DNA from: Planctomycetota bacterium
GTDB taxonomy: Bacteria > Planctomycetota > UBA1135 > UBA2386
Direction: 5' to 3'
DNA length: 64,000 nucleotides
Assembly: GCA_965662465.1 (NCBI GenBank)
Contig: CBFIIO010000008.1
Span: forward strand, 30,088-94,087
The translations under genes were made by a program, and so were the position numbers. Positions 19,779-28,541 of this stretch are shown here, piece by piece; position 1 is the first letter of the stretch, and each line of letters opens with the position of its first letter. The notes below the pieces were generated by a model. That model searched no databases. It was not told where the DNA came from and saw only the letters and a list, made by a program, of their open reading frames with translations.

Positions 19779-20912
19779 TTAGGCGTCGGCAGATGCTTCG
19801 GCTGCGGCCGGTGGCTCATCCGAGCGCTCGACTAGTTCTGGGTCATCCAGTGGTTCATTGTCAGCTTCATCTTCAGCCTCACCGTCAGCCTCGTCGGCAA
19901 CCTCGTCGGCAACCTCATCGGCAACCTCGTCGGCAATCTCATCGTTTTGGCCGGCGTCCGCGTCGCTGTTTGACTGCTCCAGCGGTTGCTCCGCTAGGGC
20001 TTTTTCAATCGCGGCTTCGTCGCTTACGTCTTCATGTAGCGCATCGCTCGAGACAATTTCGGCTGGTTCCTCTTCGCCTGATTCGGTGGGTAGCTCCTCT
20101 TCAGAATCTGTTTCTGACGATGAGTTTTCAGGCGATGAGTTACTAACCCCAACTCTCTCCATGAACTCTAGCGCGAACTCGGCGTAGTCCTTGGCGCCAT
20201 TACTATCTGGCGCGTGTTCAAAGATCGAGCGACCAAAGCTAGGTGCCTCCGCAAGCTTGACGTTGTTGCGGATGCGTGCCTTAGTCAGAAGGTTTCCGAA
20301 GTGCTCTTCGATTTCAGCCAGCACTTCGCTCGACAAGTTGGTGCGTGAATCGAGCATGCAGGGCAGCACGCATGCAATCTTTAGATCTGGATTGAGCTGG
20401 CTTTGCACCAAGTCGATCACCTCAAGCAATTTGGCCATTCCTTGGAGTGACAAATACTCTGCCTGCATGGGGATGACCACGTAGTCGGCAGCGACCAAGG
20501 CATTGGCACTCAGCACACCAAGTGATGGCGGACAATCAAACAGGATGAAGTCGTAACTGTCTGACGCGTTTGCCTTATCAAGTGCGCGGCGCAGAATCGT
20601 CTCGCGACCAATGCGGTTGGCCAAGACTTGCTCGACGCCGGCTAGCGATGTATCGCTGGGAACGACAGACAGGTTTGGTAGTCCCGTTGTTTGTACGAGC
20701 TCCGAAAGCGGGGTGTCGTCGATTAGCAGGTTGGTCAGAGTATGGCTTTCCATGTCTGGCCGCTTGTCAACGTGAACAGTCATGTTGGCCTGAGGGTCCA
20801 GGTCGAGCAGCAGTGCCCGTTGCCCATGGTGCGCTAGTGCTGCGCCAAGATTGACTGTGGTGGTCGTCTTGCCGACTCCACCTTTCTGGTTGATGACCGC
20901 GATGCGCTTCAT
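19779..20912 (-). CDS. Orphan ParA/Soj-family ATPase with a ~120-aa repetitive acidic C-terminal extension
   Basis: Deviant Walker A INQKGGVGKTTTTVNLGAAL, ..LLDLDPQAN.., ..ILFDCPPSLG... The tail is rich in D/E/S and includes ADEVADEVADEVADE. No parB is adjacent. Confidence 0.85.
   Translation of the reverse strand: MKRIAVINQKGGVGKTTTTVNLGAALAHHGQRALLLDLDPQANMTVHVDKRPDMESHTLTNLLIDDTPLSELVQTTGLPNLSVVPSDTSLAGVEQVLANRIGRETILRRALDKANASDSYDFILFDCPPSLGVLSANALVAADYVVIPMQAEYLSLQGMAKLLEVIDLVQSQLNPDLKIACVLPCMLDSRTNLSSEVLAEIEEHFGNLLTKARIRNNVKLAEAPSFGRSIFEHAPDSNGAKDYAEFALEFMERVGVSNSSPENSSSETDSEEELPTESGEEEPAEIVSSDALHEDVSDEAAIEKALAEQPLEQSNSDADAGQNDEIADEVADEVADEVADEADGEAEDEADNEPLDDPELVERSDEPPAAAEASADA
19888..19943. 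repeat. About 4.7 copies of a 12-bp tandem repeat (cctcgtcggcaa) in the ParA-like tail
   Basis: Direct reading of 19888-19943; encodes (ADEV)n on the minus strand. Confidence 0.85.
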
Positions 20913-21004
20913 ATGGTGCTCCCGCCAATCATATTCGCCCAGCGCAGCCAGCGGTGCGAGGCCAATTCTGGTAGGGATGCTATTTGCATGGCATTGTTAG
21001 CAAG

Positions 21005-21541
21005 ATGAAGGCGATGTTGATTCGAGACTTTCGCTCAACCGATCTCTAAGGAGTCGTTTCCTTGTTCACTGCGTCCGTCCACGGCATTGCGGATCGTGCC
21101 TATAACCTGGAACAGCTCCAGGCCTGGGCCCCACTCGCAGCAGATTTGGACCACTGGCGTCGCAAGCTCGCTAGCCAGAAGCTGTTGCTAGCGGAGCAAG
21201 AGGGAGAACTGTTGGCGATGATCGGATTCGAGGCCAATGGCCATATCGATGTGCTGTTCACCCATCCGAAGGATGTCCGCAAAGGGATCGCGCAGCATCT
21301 ACATTCGTATGTCGAGCGTTTGCTAACCGAACTGGGTGTATCCGAGCTGTTTTCCGAGGTTAGCGAAGTTGCCCGTCCATTCTTTCAGCGACAGGGATAC
21401 CAGGTGGAAACCCGTGAGGTTGTGGCCGTTCGCGGAGTTGACGTGCACCGTTACCGAATGCGCCTCAATAATATTGGCCGTCGGCATTCAGCTGACGGAT
21501 TTCACGGAGAGGGTCGCACCGCATCGACCGGGGTTAACTGA
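21005..21541 (+). pseudogene. YafP-like GNAT N-acetyltransferase interrupted by one in-frame TAA (21047-21049)
   Basis: ATG 21005 gives MKAMLIRDFRSTDL-TAA-GVVSLFTASVHGIADRAYNLEQLQAWAP.., in frame with the listed 21062..21541 ORF. The layout matches my recollection of E. coli YafP (..IRNYQPGDFQQLCAIF....YSPQQISAWA..), where the stop aligns with a Gln. Confidence 0.7.
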
Positions 21542-21547
21542 TAGAAA

Positions 21548-22276
21548 TCAGCTGAGTAGCCAGCCAAGCTCGCGTACTGCCAATGGCCCGTCGTGACAGA
21601 AACCTTCACCGGCGCGCGCGGCGATCATTGTGCCGGCCGCGTGTTCGCGAACAATTGTGCGTTCGAGCAAGTCTCGCCCCTGCACTAAGTGGTTTGTGTC
21701 AGTGGTGGTCAGCTGGGAGCTATAGCAGCAGACAACTTCGGCTTTGGCTTTGGTGACGCTGCTAATGTCGACCACAAGCGTTGGCTCGACCGCGCGGTTG
21801 CCCGGATACCTCAACAGTGTGTTGGCACGATGTGGTCCGCCCAGGCTGGGTTGGTAATTGCGCAACCCAGCTAAAAAATGCGCTCGGGTGATGAGTTCGG
21901 CGACTGCTGTGTGATCTGGGTGTACGTCTAGTTGGTGTGGTGCGAAGACCAACTTGGGTTTCACTGCGCGCATTGCGGCGACGACGCGGTTAGTGGCTTC
22001 GTCGCTGGTTCGAACTCCGGTGTCAGGCAAGCCAAGGTTGCAGCGTGCCGCCACACCGAGTTGGTTCGCGGCGGCGATTGCTTCGCGGTCACGATCTTGA
22101 ACTTGGCCGCGAGAACCCATCTCGCCGCGCGTGCAGTCTACAAGAGCGACAGTGAAGCCTTTCTCCTGCATGAGGAGCAATGTGCCGCCGCATGCGATTT
22201 CGATGTCATCCGGGTGTGGGCCAAATGCCAGCACATCACACTGTGGCAGGTCTGATGGCTCCACGACAACGATCAT
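21548..22276 (-). CDS. bshB: PIG-L/LmbE-family deacetylase, BshB1-like
   Basis: ..DVLAFGPHPDDIEIACGGTLLLMQEKGFTVALVDCTRGEMGSRG.. plus HPDH. It has a 4-nt overlap with bshC. Confidence 0.75.
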   Translation of the reverse strand: MIVVVEPSDLPQCDVLAFGPHPDDIEIACGGTLLLMQEKGFTVALVDCTRGEMGSRGQVQDRDREAIAAANQLGVAARCNLGLPDTGVRTSDEATNRVVAAMRAVKPKLVFAPHQLDVHPDHTAVAELITRAHFLAGLRNYQPSLGGPHRANTLLRYPGNRAVEPTLVVDISSVTKAKAEVVCCYSSQLTTTDTNHLVQGRDLLERTIVREHAAGTMIAARAGEGFCHDGPLAVRELGWLLS

Positions 22277-23829
22277 AGCTCTAGTACTCCGTGTTCCGTT
22301 GCAAAGGGATCTGCGGCATCGATAAGTTCATTGGCCAAACGCGGGCCATGAGAGTTTAGGTAACCAATCGAGCCAAACACTCGTTCTTGAACGCGACTTC
22401 TTGGTCGTAGCGAGTTGCACAGGCGACGTAGTTGCCTGATGCCAGTGCCCTCGCGATCTTGTCGGGCGTTGCGGACCTTGTTTTGGAGTCGTTCAAGCTC
22501 TTCGTTTGACTTGGTTCGGGCTCGATCAAGAGCGCTAACCATCGATGCATCGAGCGTCTTCAGAACCTTCTCAACGGCGCCAAGATCCGACTTTAGACGC
22601 ATCCTGATGCTGTCAATCTGGTCCTCAATATCACCTTCGCCGTTGTCGTTTTGCAGCAACGTTTCAGCCAGCTTTTCGGGAGTCTCATCGAGCTCCGTTA
22701 GATCGATGGAGAAGCGTGACATCAATCGCTGCATGGATGGCTCTACCAGCGTCAGTGATGACCGCGGCACAAACACTGGCTGCGGCACACCAAGCAATCG
22801 GTAAAGCGGTGCGACTGCCGCTAGGTAGCTGAACTCGCCTGGGCCTACCACGAATCCGATTGTTGGCAGGCATGCGTCTTGCCAGAGCGGGCGTAACAAT
22901 ACACCCGGTGACAGTTGGCGACGTTCACTGACGGTTTCTCCGTCGGCCAGCGGCTCGCGGCGGTCACCACTCATCGCGAACATCATGGTCGCGCTTGGGT
23001 CGAGTGTGATGTCAACGCCGAGGTCCGTTAGGTCATCGCAAGTCTGCTTAACCTTTTCGCGGATTTCGTCGGACCTAGTCCACCACTTCTCAAGCGGCTC
23101 AAACGCCGACGCAGGCAGATCTCGAGGTTCGATTACCAGCAAACCGTGCTTGCCGAATACCTCAAACATCAATCGCGCCTGCAGGTCACCCAATGTTTCG
23201 TCAGGGTGCTTTGGCGTGAGCACTCTCATTAAGTCATCGTGGAACTCTGACTCTGGCAATAGAGATCTAATCTCTTCCAGAAGGCGCTCTACGTCGCGGC
23301 CGACGTGGATCTTGCGCAGCGGCTCATTATGTCTCGTGATGTCGAGGCGGAACCGTTGCACATCCTGCCGCTGGTTGACCAAGAACGCTCGATTGCCCTC
23401 TTCCAAGTCATGGTCGTCGGAGTGATTCCAGAACAGTGGCACGCATCGCGGCCCCCCTTGTTCTTGGATGTCACGGCAAAGGCGTATCGCGGTTGCCGCC
23501 TTGTGCAGGCAAAACAGCGGGCCACCCAGCAGACCAGGCTGTTGACCTGTTATGACGATGTGGGTTTCTGGATCTAGGAGCGCCTCAGCATTCGCGAGGA
23601 CTTCGGGAGGTGCGTCGTGTCGATTGGCATATTCGCTTAACGCTTGGACCAACTGATCGCGTGGGATCATCCGGTTGGCGCCGGTCGGCGCACGCTTCAG
23701 CAAATCGTCGACTGTATGAGCACGCATGCCCAAGAACTCGCTTAGCTCGTGGTCATCTTCGAGGAACCGTTGGTGCACGTCGGACGTGCCAAGGCGGCGG
23801 AAGGAAATGTGGCGCAGGGTCGAGTTCAA
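22273..23829 (-). CDS. bshC: Bacillithiol biosynthesis cysteine-adding enzyme BshC
   Basis: ..HIVITGQQPGLLGGPLFCLHKAATAIRLC....VPLFWNHSDDHDLEEGN.. is the BshC signature region. About 520 aa with a coiled-coil C-terminus. Confidence 0.8.
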   Translation of the reverse strand: MNSTLRHISFRRLGTSDVHQRFLEDDHELSEFLGMRAHTVDDLLKRAPTGANRMIPRDQLVQALSEYANRHDAPPEVLANAEALLDPETHIVITGQQPGLLGGPLFCLHKAATAIRLCRDIQEQGGPRCVPLFWNHSDDHDLEEGNRAFLVNQRQDVQRFRLDITRHNEPLRKIHVGRDVERLLEEIRSLLPESEFHDDLMRVLTPKHPDETLGDLQARLMFEVFGKHGLLVIEPRDLPASAFEPLEKWWTRSDEIREKVKQTCDDLTDLGVDITLDPSATMMFAMSGDRREPLADGETVSERRQLSPGVLLRPLWQDACLPTIGFVVGPGEFSYLAAVAPLYRLLGVPQPVFVPRSSLTLVEPSMQRLMSRFSIDLTELDETPEKLAETLLQNDNGEGDIEDQIDSIRMRLKSDLGAVEKVLKTLDASMVSALDRARTKSNEELERLQNKVRNARQDREGTGIRQLRRLCNSLRPRSRVQERVFGSIGYLNSHGPRLANELIDAADPFATEHGVLEL

Positions 23830-23833
23830 TGAA

Positions 23834-24703
23834 TCAGCTCTTCTGAGGTATGGCCACTGCCCGGCATTCGGCGGCGAAGGTTGCGCAAGCTTGGTCGATA
23901 CAATCGAGCCAATCAGCTTGAGCCGGGGAAAAACACTGCATTACGCCGCGGCTCTGGTTAACCAGTGCGCCAAGGCCTTGTTCATCAAAGGCGGGGGCCA
24001 AGTCTTCTACTTTGCCTCCCTGGGCTCCAACGCCTGGCAATAACAGCCAGGAGTGTGGCATCAGTTTGCGCAGGCGGGCGAGCTCTTCGGGCCAAGTAGC
24101 ACCAACAACTGCCCCTACTGCATGGTAGCCATGCTCTTGCGGCAACTGAGCGCCCCAATTGTTTACGGCTTCGGCAACCACATCGCATAAGGGTTTGCTA
24201 CCGATTTGCAAATCTTGAAAGTCCTTGGCCCCGGGGTTGCTGGTGCGGACAAGAACGAAGACCCCACGGCCTCCTTGGGCCGGTTCGCACCACTCTAGGA
24301 ATGGCTGTATTGAGTCATTACCTAAGTATGGGTGTAGGGTTAGGGAATCAGCTATGCGGAAGTGTCCCTCGGCATACGCTTTGGCAGTGCTGCCGATGTC
24401 GCCACGCTTGATGTCCCCGACAATCAGCAGCCCATTTTGGCGGGCCATCCGGCAAACCTCTTCGTAGGCCCGATAGCCATCAGAGCCGTAACTCTCGAAG
24501 AAGGCGATGTTGGGTTTGACCGCTGGCGCATGCTTTGCGATCACGGGCAGAGCCTCGCCGTAAAAGGCTACAATTCGCGCTGCTGGTGACGCACCGGGCA
24601 TAAGCGTCTCAGGGAACGCCGATAATCGTGGGTCGAGGCCAATCACGATTGGTGACATGCCACCTAGAACACGCTCTGCAAGAAGTCCGACGAAGCTTTG
24701 CAC
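23834..24703 (-). CDS. pyrF: Orotidine-5'-phosphate decarboxylase, type 2
   Basis: ..PIVIGLDPR.., ..KPNIAFFE.., ..LIVGDIKRGDIGSTAKAYA.., ..DSLTLHPYLG... 289 aa. Confidence 0.85.
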   Translation of the reverse strand: MQSFVGLLAERVLGGMSPIVIGLDPRLSAFPETLMPGASPAARIVAFYGEALPVIAKHAPAVKPNIAFFESYGSDGYRAYEEVCRMARQNGLLIVGDIKRGDIGSTAKAYAEGHFRIADSLTLHPYLGNDSIQPFLEWCEPAQGGRGVFVLVRTSNPGAKDFQDLQIGSKPLCDVVAEAVNNWGAQLPQEHGYHAVGAVVGATWPEELARLRKLMPHSWLLLPGVGAQGGKVEDLAPAFDEQGLGALVNQSRGVMQCFSPAQADWLDCIDQACATFAAECRAVAIPQKS

Positions 24704-24927
24704 TGTGCTTCAGGTTAGCGGCGCAGTCATACCGGAACACGTGTGAGCCGGTCGTATTCCCATCATCAATGTGCGAACTGTGTGAATAGCCCGCCCAATT
24801 GGGCCGGATACCCGCCGCTAGCGCCGTATCTCGCAGACATCATTATGATTCTTCTCTGGGCTTTGCTCTCCAACTTTACTCACTTGTTGGAGCTGTGGTG
24901 TGACGAGATTATCTCAGACCCCTTTCC

Positions 24928-25533
24928 ATGCCTGAATCGAGACCCGGCCACACCCTGTTACCAAATGCTTTTGGTGCAGAATATCTGCTCGAACTGCAGC
25001 AGCAGATTCGTAGCTGCCGCTATTTCGCAGTTAACAATCTGAATCGAGACTTTGTCGGCACACGCGGCTTCTCAGTTGTGTTCCAGCGTTCGGCTATCGA
25101 TCGCGTCATCGCGCAGTTTCCTTGGAGTGAGCCTTACCTCAAGCTGTCGCTTAGAGATGACTGCAACGCATTCTATCTCAATCCGCTGCAACTGACTGTT
25201 GGGTCGCACGTTTCGCCGCATATCGATCGCAGTCTGCACGCCTATGTGGCAGATGTACTGCCCCCGTTGCTAGTCAGCGTCTTGTATGTCGATGTGCCAA
25301 AGAGTTTGAAGGGCGGTAGTTTGGTGCTGCGTCGCGGTAAGAAGTTCTTGGGTCGGATTACGCCAAAAGAAGGTCTCCTGGTGCAGTTTCATGGCGATCT
25401 GGAGCACTCTGTCGAAAAGGTCGATACACCAGGAACGCGGTTGAGCTTGGTCTGTGAGCAGTATCGACTCGATGAAGCAGAGTTGGCGGATATGCCCGCA
25501 TATACCGTCGAGTCGCGAGCGAGGACCGATTGA
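24928..25533 (+). CDS. Putative 2OG-Fe(II) oxygenase superfamily protein
   Basis: HxD...H facial-triad candidates (SPHIDRS and GDLEHSVEKV) with a beta-rich context. Assignment is tentative. Confidence 0.4.
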   Translation: MPESRPGHTLLPNAFGAEYLLELQQQIRSCRYFAVNNLNRDFVGTRGFSVVFQRSAIDRVIAQFPWSEPYLKLSLRDDCNAFYLNPLQLTVGSHVSPHIDRSLHAYVADVLPPLLVSVLYVDVPKSLKGGSLVLRRGKKFLGRITPKEGLLVQFHGDLEHSVEKVDTPGTRLSLVCEQYRLDEAELADMPAYTVESRARTD

Positions 25534-25616
25534 GGCGAGGCTAGCTGTCTTTGCTGTCGACAAGGATGCTTCCCAGAGCACTTGTTGGCTGCAGCGCCAA
25601 CTGCTTCATTTAAGGC

Positions 25617-26846
25617 ATGGTTCCTACGCTATGTCGTGCAGCTAGAGCTTTCACCTCAATGGGTCTCGTTTTCCTGGCAGGTTGCGGCGCCAGCGCCGAG
25701 ACGACGTCGGTAACAGCTGCAGAGGTAGGGCGTGAGGTTATTGCGAAACCAGCTCCGCTAGACACTGCAGCGCCGACCGCAACAGCGCCATCTGTCGCGA
25801 AATCGGCAGTCGTTGCGCCTGCCATACCGGGATTTGATGAGGCGCCTCACTTCTTTCTACAGGAGGATGGTGGCGTCATTGCCCGATGGATCACGGATGG
25901 GCGTGTGAAGCTGCGCACGTTCGCAGAGGGCGAGGCGATTGTCATGCCCGAGTTTGCTAGCTTGATTGGCGATAGCTTGCCAACGAATGTGGCAAAGACG
26001 CCTGCCTGCAAGTGGGATATGCCGGCGAGGCTGATTGCGCTAAGCGATGTGGAGGGTCAATACGACTCCTTGCTTACCTTCCTCAAGAACAATGGCGTCG
26101 TTGATGAGGATGGCCGCTGGGCATACGGCAAGGGTCACCTAGTTGGCGTAGGTGATATGGTGGATCGCGGCAGCCAAGTTACTGAAGTGCTGCTGCTATT
26201 CTACCGACTGTCGTTTGAGGCGAGTGCCGCTGGTGGTCATGTTCATTTCATCATTGGCAACCATGAAGCGATGATGATGGCTGGCGATATCCGCTACACA
26301 GCCCCGAAGTACAACCGAATCGCCGAGCTGCTAGGCGTGTCTTGCGAAGGCCTAATCGGTGCAGATACGCTGATTGGTCGTTGGCTACGCAGCTGTAATT
26401 GCATCGAGCGGATTGGTGGTTACCTCTTTGTCCACGCAGGTTTATCTCCACAAACGGTCCGGGAATCTCTCGATTACGAAGGCATCAATGATTCCGTGCG
26501 TTCCGTCCTGGGTGTGCCCCCAAACAAGCTGACGGATGCTGCAAAGATCGAGCTTTCCTGGGGTCGATATGGGCCTTTGTGGTACCGGGGTTACTTCCCT
26601 AAGCATCACCTGTCCTTCGGTCCTACGCCGACGGTCGATCAGTTTCAGGCGTTGCTAGTTAGGTGTCAGGCGAAACACATTGTCGTAGGCCATACCAAAG
26701 TTCCGAAGGTCGCGACGATGTATGCGGGAGGGCTGATTCCGATCGATATCCCGTGGACATCGCCTACGGAAGTGCGCGCCCTGGTCGTTCAGAAAGGAGA
26801 AGCTGGCCTGGCTGACATCCGTGGTGAGCGGAGTGTCTTGCAGTAG
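25617..26846 (+). CDS. Lipoprotein metallophosphoesterase (Ser/Thr phosphatase-like, Shelph-type)
   Basis: Lipobox LVFLAGC. Metallophosphatase motifs ALSDVEG, GDMVDRG and GNHE in the canonical order. Confidence 0.7.
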   Translation: MVPTLCRAARAFTSMGLVFLAGCGASAETTSVTAAEVGREVIAKPAPLDTAAPTATAPSVAKSAVVAPAIPGFDEAPHFFLQEDGGVIARWITDGRVKLRTFAEGEAIVMPEFASLIGDSLPTNVAKTPACKWDMPARLIALSDVEGQYDSLLTFLKNNGVVDEDGRWAYGKGHLVGVGDMVDRGSQVTEVLLLFYRLSFEASAAGGHVHFIIGNHEAMMMAGDIRYTAPKYNRIAELLGVSCEGLIGADTLIGRWLRSCNCIERIGGYLFVHAGLSPQTVRESLDYEGINDSVRSVLGVPPNKLTDAAKIELSWGRYGPLWYRGYFPKHHLSFGPTPTVDQFQALLVRCQAKHIVVGHTKVPKVATMYAGGLIPIDIPWTSPTEVRALVVQKGEAGLADIRGERSVLQ

Positions 26847-27112
26847 CACCATATTGCCGCTGGTTGGCTAACGGGTTTCTGGTGAGGCTGGGTTGGCAAG
26901 ATGCCCGGCAGCAGCCAGAAATCTTAGCGGGCACCCTTACTTTCGGTCGCTAGCTCCAACCGCAATTCGCGGTGGTGCTGAGAACATCCGTCGTTCTCGC
27001 TTTCCGATTCGCTGACAACGGTGATCTGTGGCTGATTGGCGGTGGCGCAAGCTGGGCGGTTCTGTTTCGCTTACGGCTCTATTTTTGCGACTGAATTAGG
27101 CAAGGCTCCCCC

Positions 27113-28243
27113 ATGGTTGTGATCTTTGTGCCGAAGGAATCGGCCGCCGGCGAAACACGTGTCGCTGCTGTTCCAGAAACCGTCAAGGGCATGCAAAAGC
27201 TCTCTGTGACGGTGCAGGTTGAGCGCGGTGCTGGCGTGGCTGCCGGCTTTATTGACTCAGAATATGAAGAGGCTGGTGCCTCCCTGGTCGATGGCAGCAG
27301 CCGCAAGGATGCAGACATCGTTCTTGGTGTTCAGATCCCGTCACCTGATCTGTGTTCGAACCAAAAATCTGGTTCGATGCTCATTTGCACGCTGACACCA
27401 GGCAATGCGCTCGACTCGATCAAAGCGCTTCGTGATGCCAAGGTTACTGCGGTCGGGTTGGAGTTCATGCCGCGTATCACGCGCGCACAGAAAATGGACA
27501 TCCTCAGCTCGCAAGCAACCTGTGGTGGTTACCGCGCCGTGTTGCTGTCAGCGACACATTTGCCGCAGATGTTCCCCTTGATGATGACCGCTGCTGGCAC
27601 GATCAAGCCAGCGCGCGTGCTGATTCTCGGTGCGGGGGTTGCTGGCTTGCAGGCGATTTCGACTGCACGCAAGCTCGGTGCCATTGTCGAAGCGAATGAC
27701 ATTCGACCGGCGGTGAAGGAGCAGGTCGAATCACTCGGTGGCAAGTTTGTCGACACCGGTTCGCCGCCTGACGCTGAGACCTCCGGCGGTTACGCGAAGG
27801 AGGCGGGCGAGGAGTTCCTCAAGAAGCAGCGCGAGATCCTGACCGCGCACATCACCAATGCAGACGTGTTGATTACGACCGCCTTGGTGCCGGGCAAGAA
27901 GGCACCAATGTTGGTCACTGCTGACATGCGCAAGGCGATGTCGCCAGGCTCAGTCATCGTCGACATGGCTGCTGGACAAGGTGGCAACGTCGAAGGCAGC
28001 AAGTCAGGTGAGACGGTTGTCGTCGACGGCGTCACCATCATCGGCGACAACAACCTTCCTGCAGGCGTCGCGGCGGATGCGTCGCGTATGTATTCACGCA
28101 ACACGTTGTCCTTCTTAGGCGAGTTCATCGACAAGGAAGGCACGGTCACAGTCGACATCGAAGGCGAGATCATGAGCGCGGTTGCAATCGTGCACGATGG
28201 TCTTGTGCGTCATGAACCCACGGCGAAGGCCGTAAAGGAATAG
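27113..28243 (+). CDS. pntA: NAD(P) transhydrogenase subunit alpha, part 1
   Basis: Alanine-dehydrogenase/PNT fold; ..RVAAVPETV.., Rossmann motif VLILGAGVAGLQAISTARKLGA. Confidence 0.9.
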   Translation: MVVIFVPKESAAGETRVAAVPETVKGMQKLSVTVQVERGAGVAAGFIDSEYEEAGASLVDGSSRKDADIVLGVQIPSPDLCSNQKSGSMLICTLTPGNALDSIKALRDAKVTAVGLEFMPRITRAQKMDILSSQATCGGYRAVLLSATHLPQMFPLMMTAAGTIKPARVLILGAGVAGLQAISTARKLGAIVEANDIRPAVKEQVESLGGKFVDTGSPPDAETSGGYAKEAGEEFLKKQREILTAHITNADVLITTALVPGKKAPMLVTADMRKAMSPGSVIVDMAAGQGGNVEGSKSGETVVVDGVTIIGDNNLPAGVAADASRMYSRNTLSFLGEFIDKEGTVTVDIEGEIMSAVAIVHDGLVRHEPTAKAVKE

Positions 28244-28255
28244 GGAGTACGAACG

Positions 28256-28540
28256 ATGGACATGTTTTTGATGATCTTCATCTTCGTGATCGCAGCCTTA
28301 CTCGGTTTCGAATTGATCACGAAGGTTCCCCCAACGTTGCATACCCCGTTGATGTCGGGTTCCAACGCGATTTCCGGCATCACGATTGTCGGCGCCATCA
28401 TGGCGTCTAAGTCAGGTCAAGACACCTTCGCGCAGATCATCGCGTTCCTCGCGGTGTCATTCGCGATGATCAATGTGATCGGCGGGTACATGGTTACCGA
28501 CCGAATGCTTGGTTCCTTCAAGAAGAAGGGGAAGAAGTAG
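28256..28540 (+). CDS. pntA: NAD(P) transhydrogenase subunit alpha, part 2 (membrane)
   Basis: 94 aa, three TM helices, ..PLMSGSNAISGITIVGA... Confidence 0.85.
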   Translation: MDMFLMIFIFVIAALLGFELITKVPPTLHTPLMSGSNAISGITIVGAIMASKSGQDTFAQIIAFLAVSFAMINVIGGYMVTDRMLGSFKKKGKK

Positions 28541-28541
28541 G

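Noticed and set aside
24743-25042. 99-aa ORF upstream of, and overlapping, the 2OG-oxygenase gene.
   Set aside because: It overlaps the better-supported 201-aa ORF, it has no motif, and it lies in the divergent promoter region.
28241-28258. pntAA and pntAB in the same frame and only 12 nt apart (possible nonsense-split pntA).
   Set aside because: A split alpha subunit (PntAA plus PntAB) is a well-known natural arrangement. The second gene has its own GGAG Shine-Dalgarno sequence and ATG.
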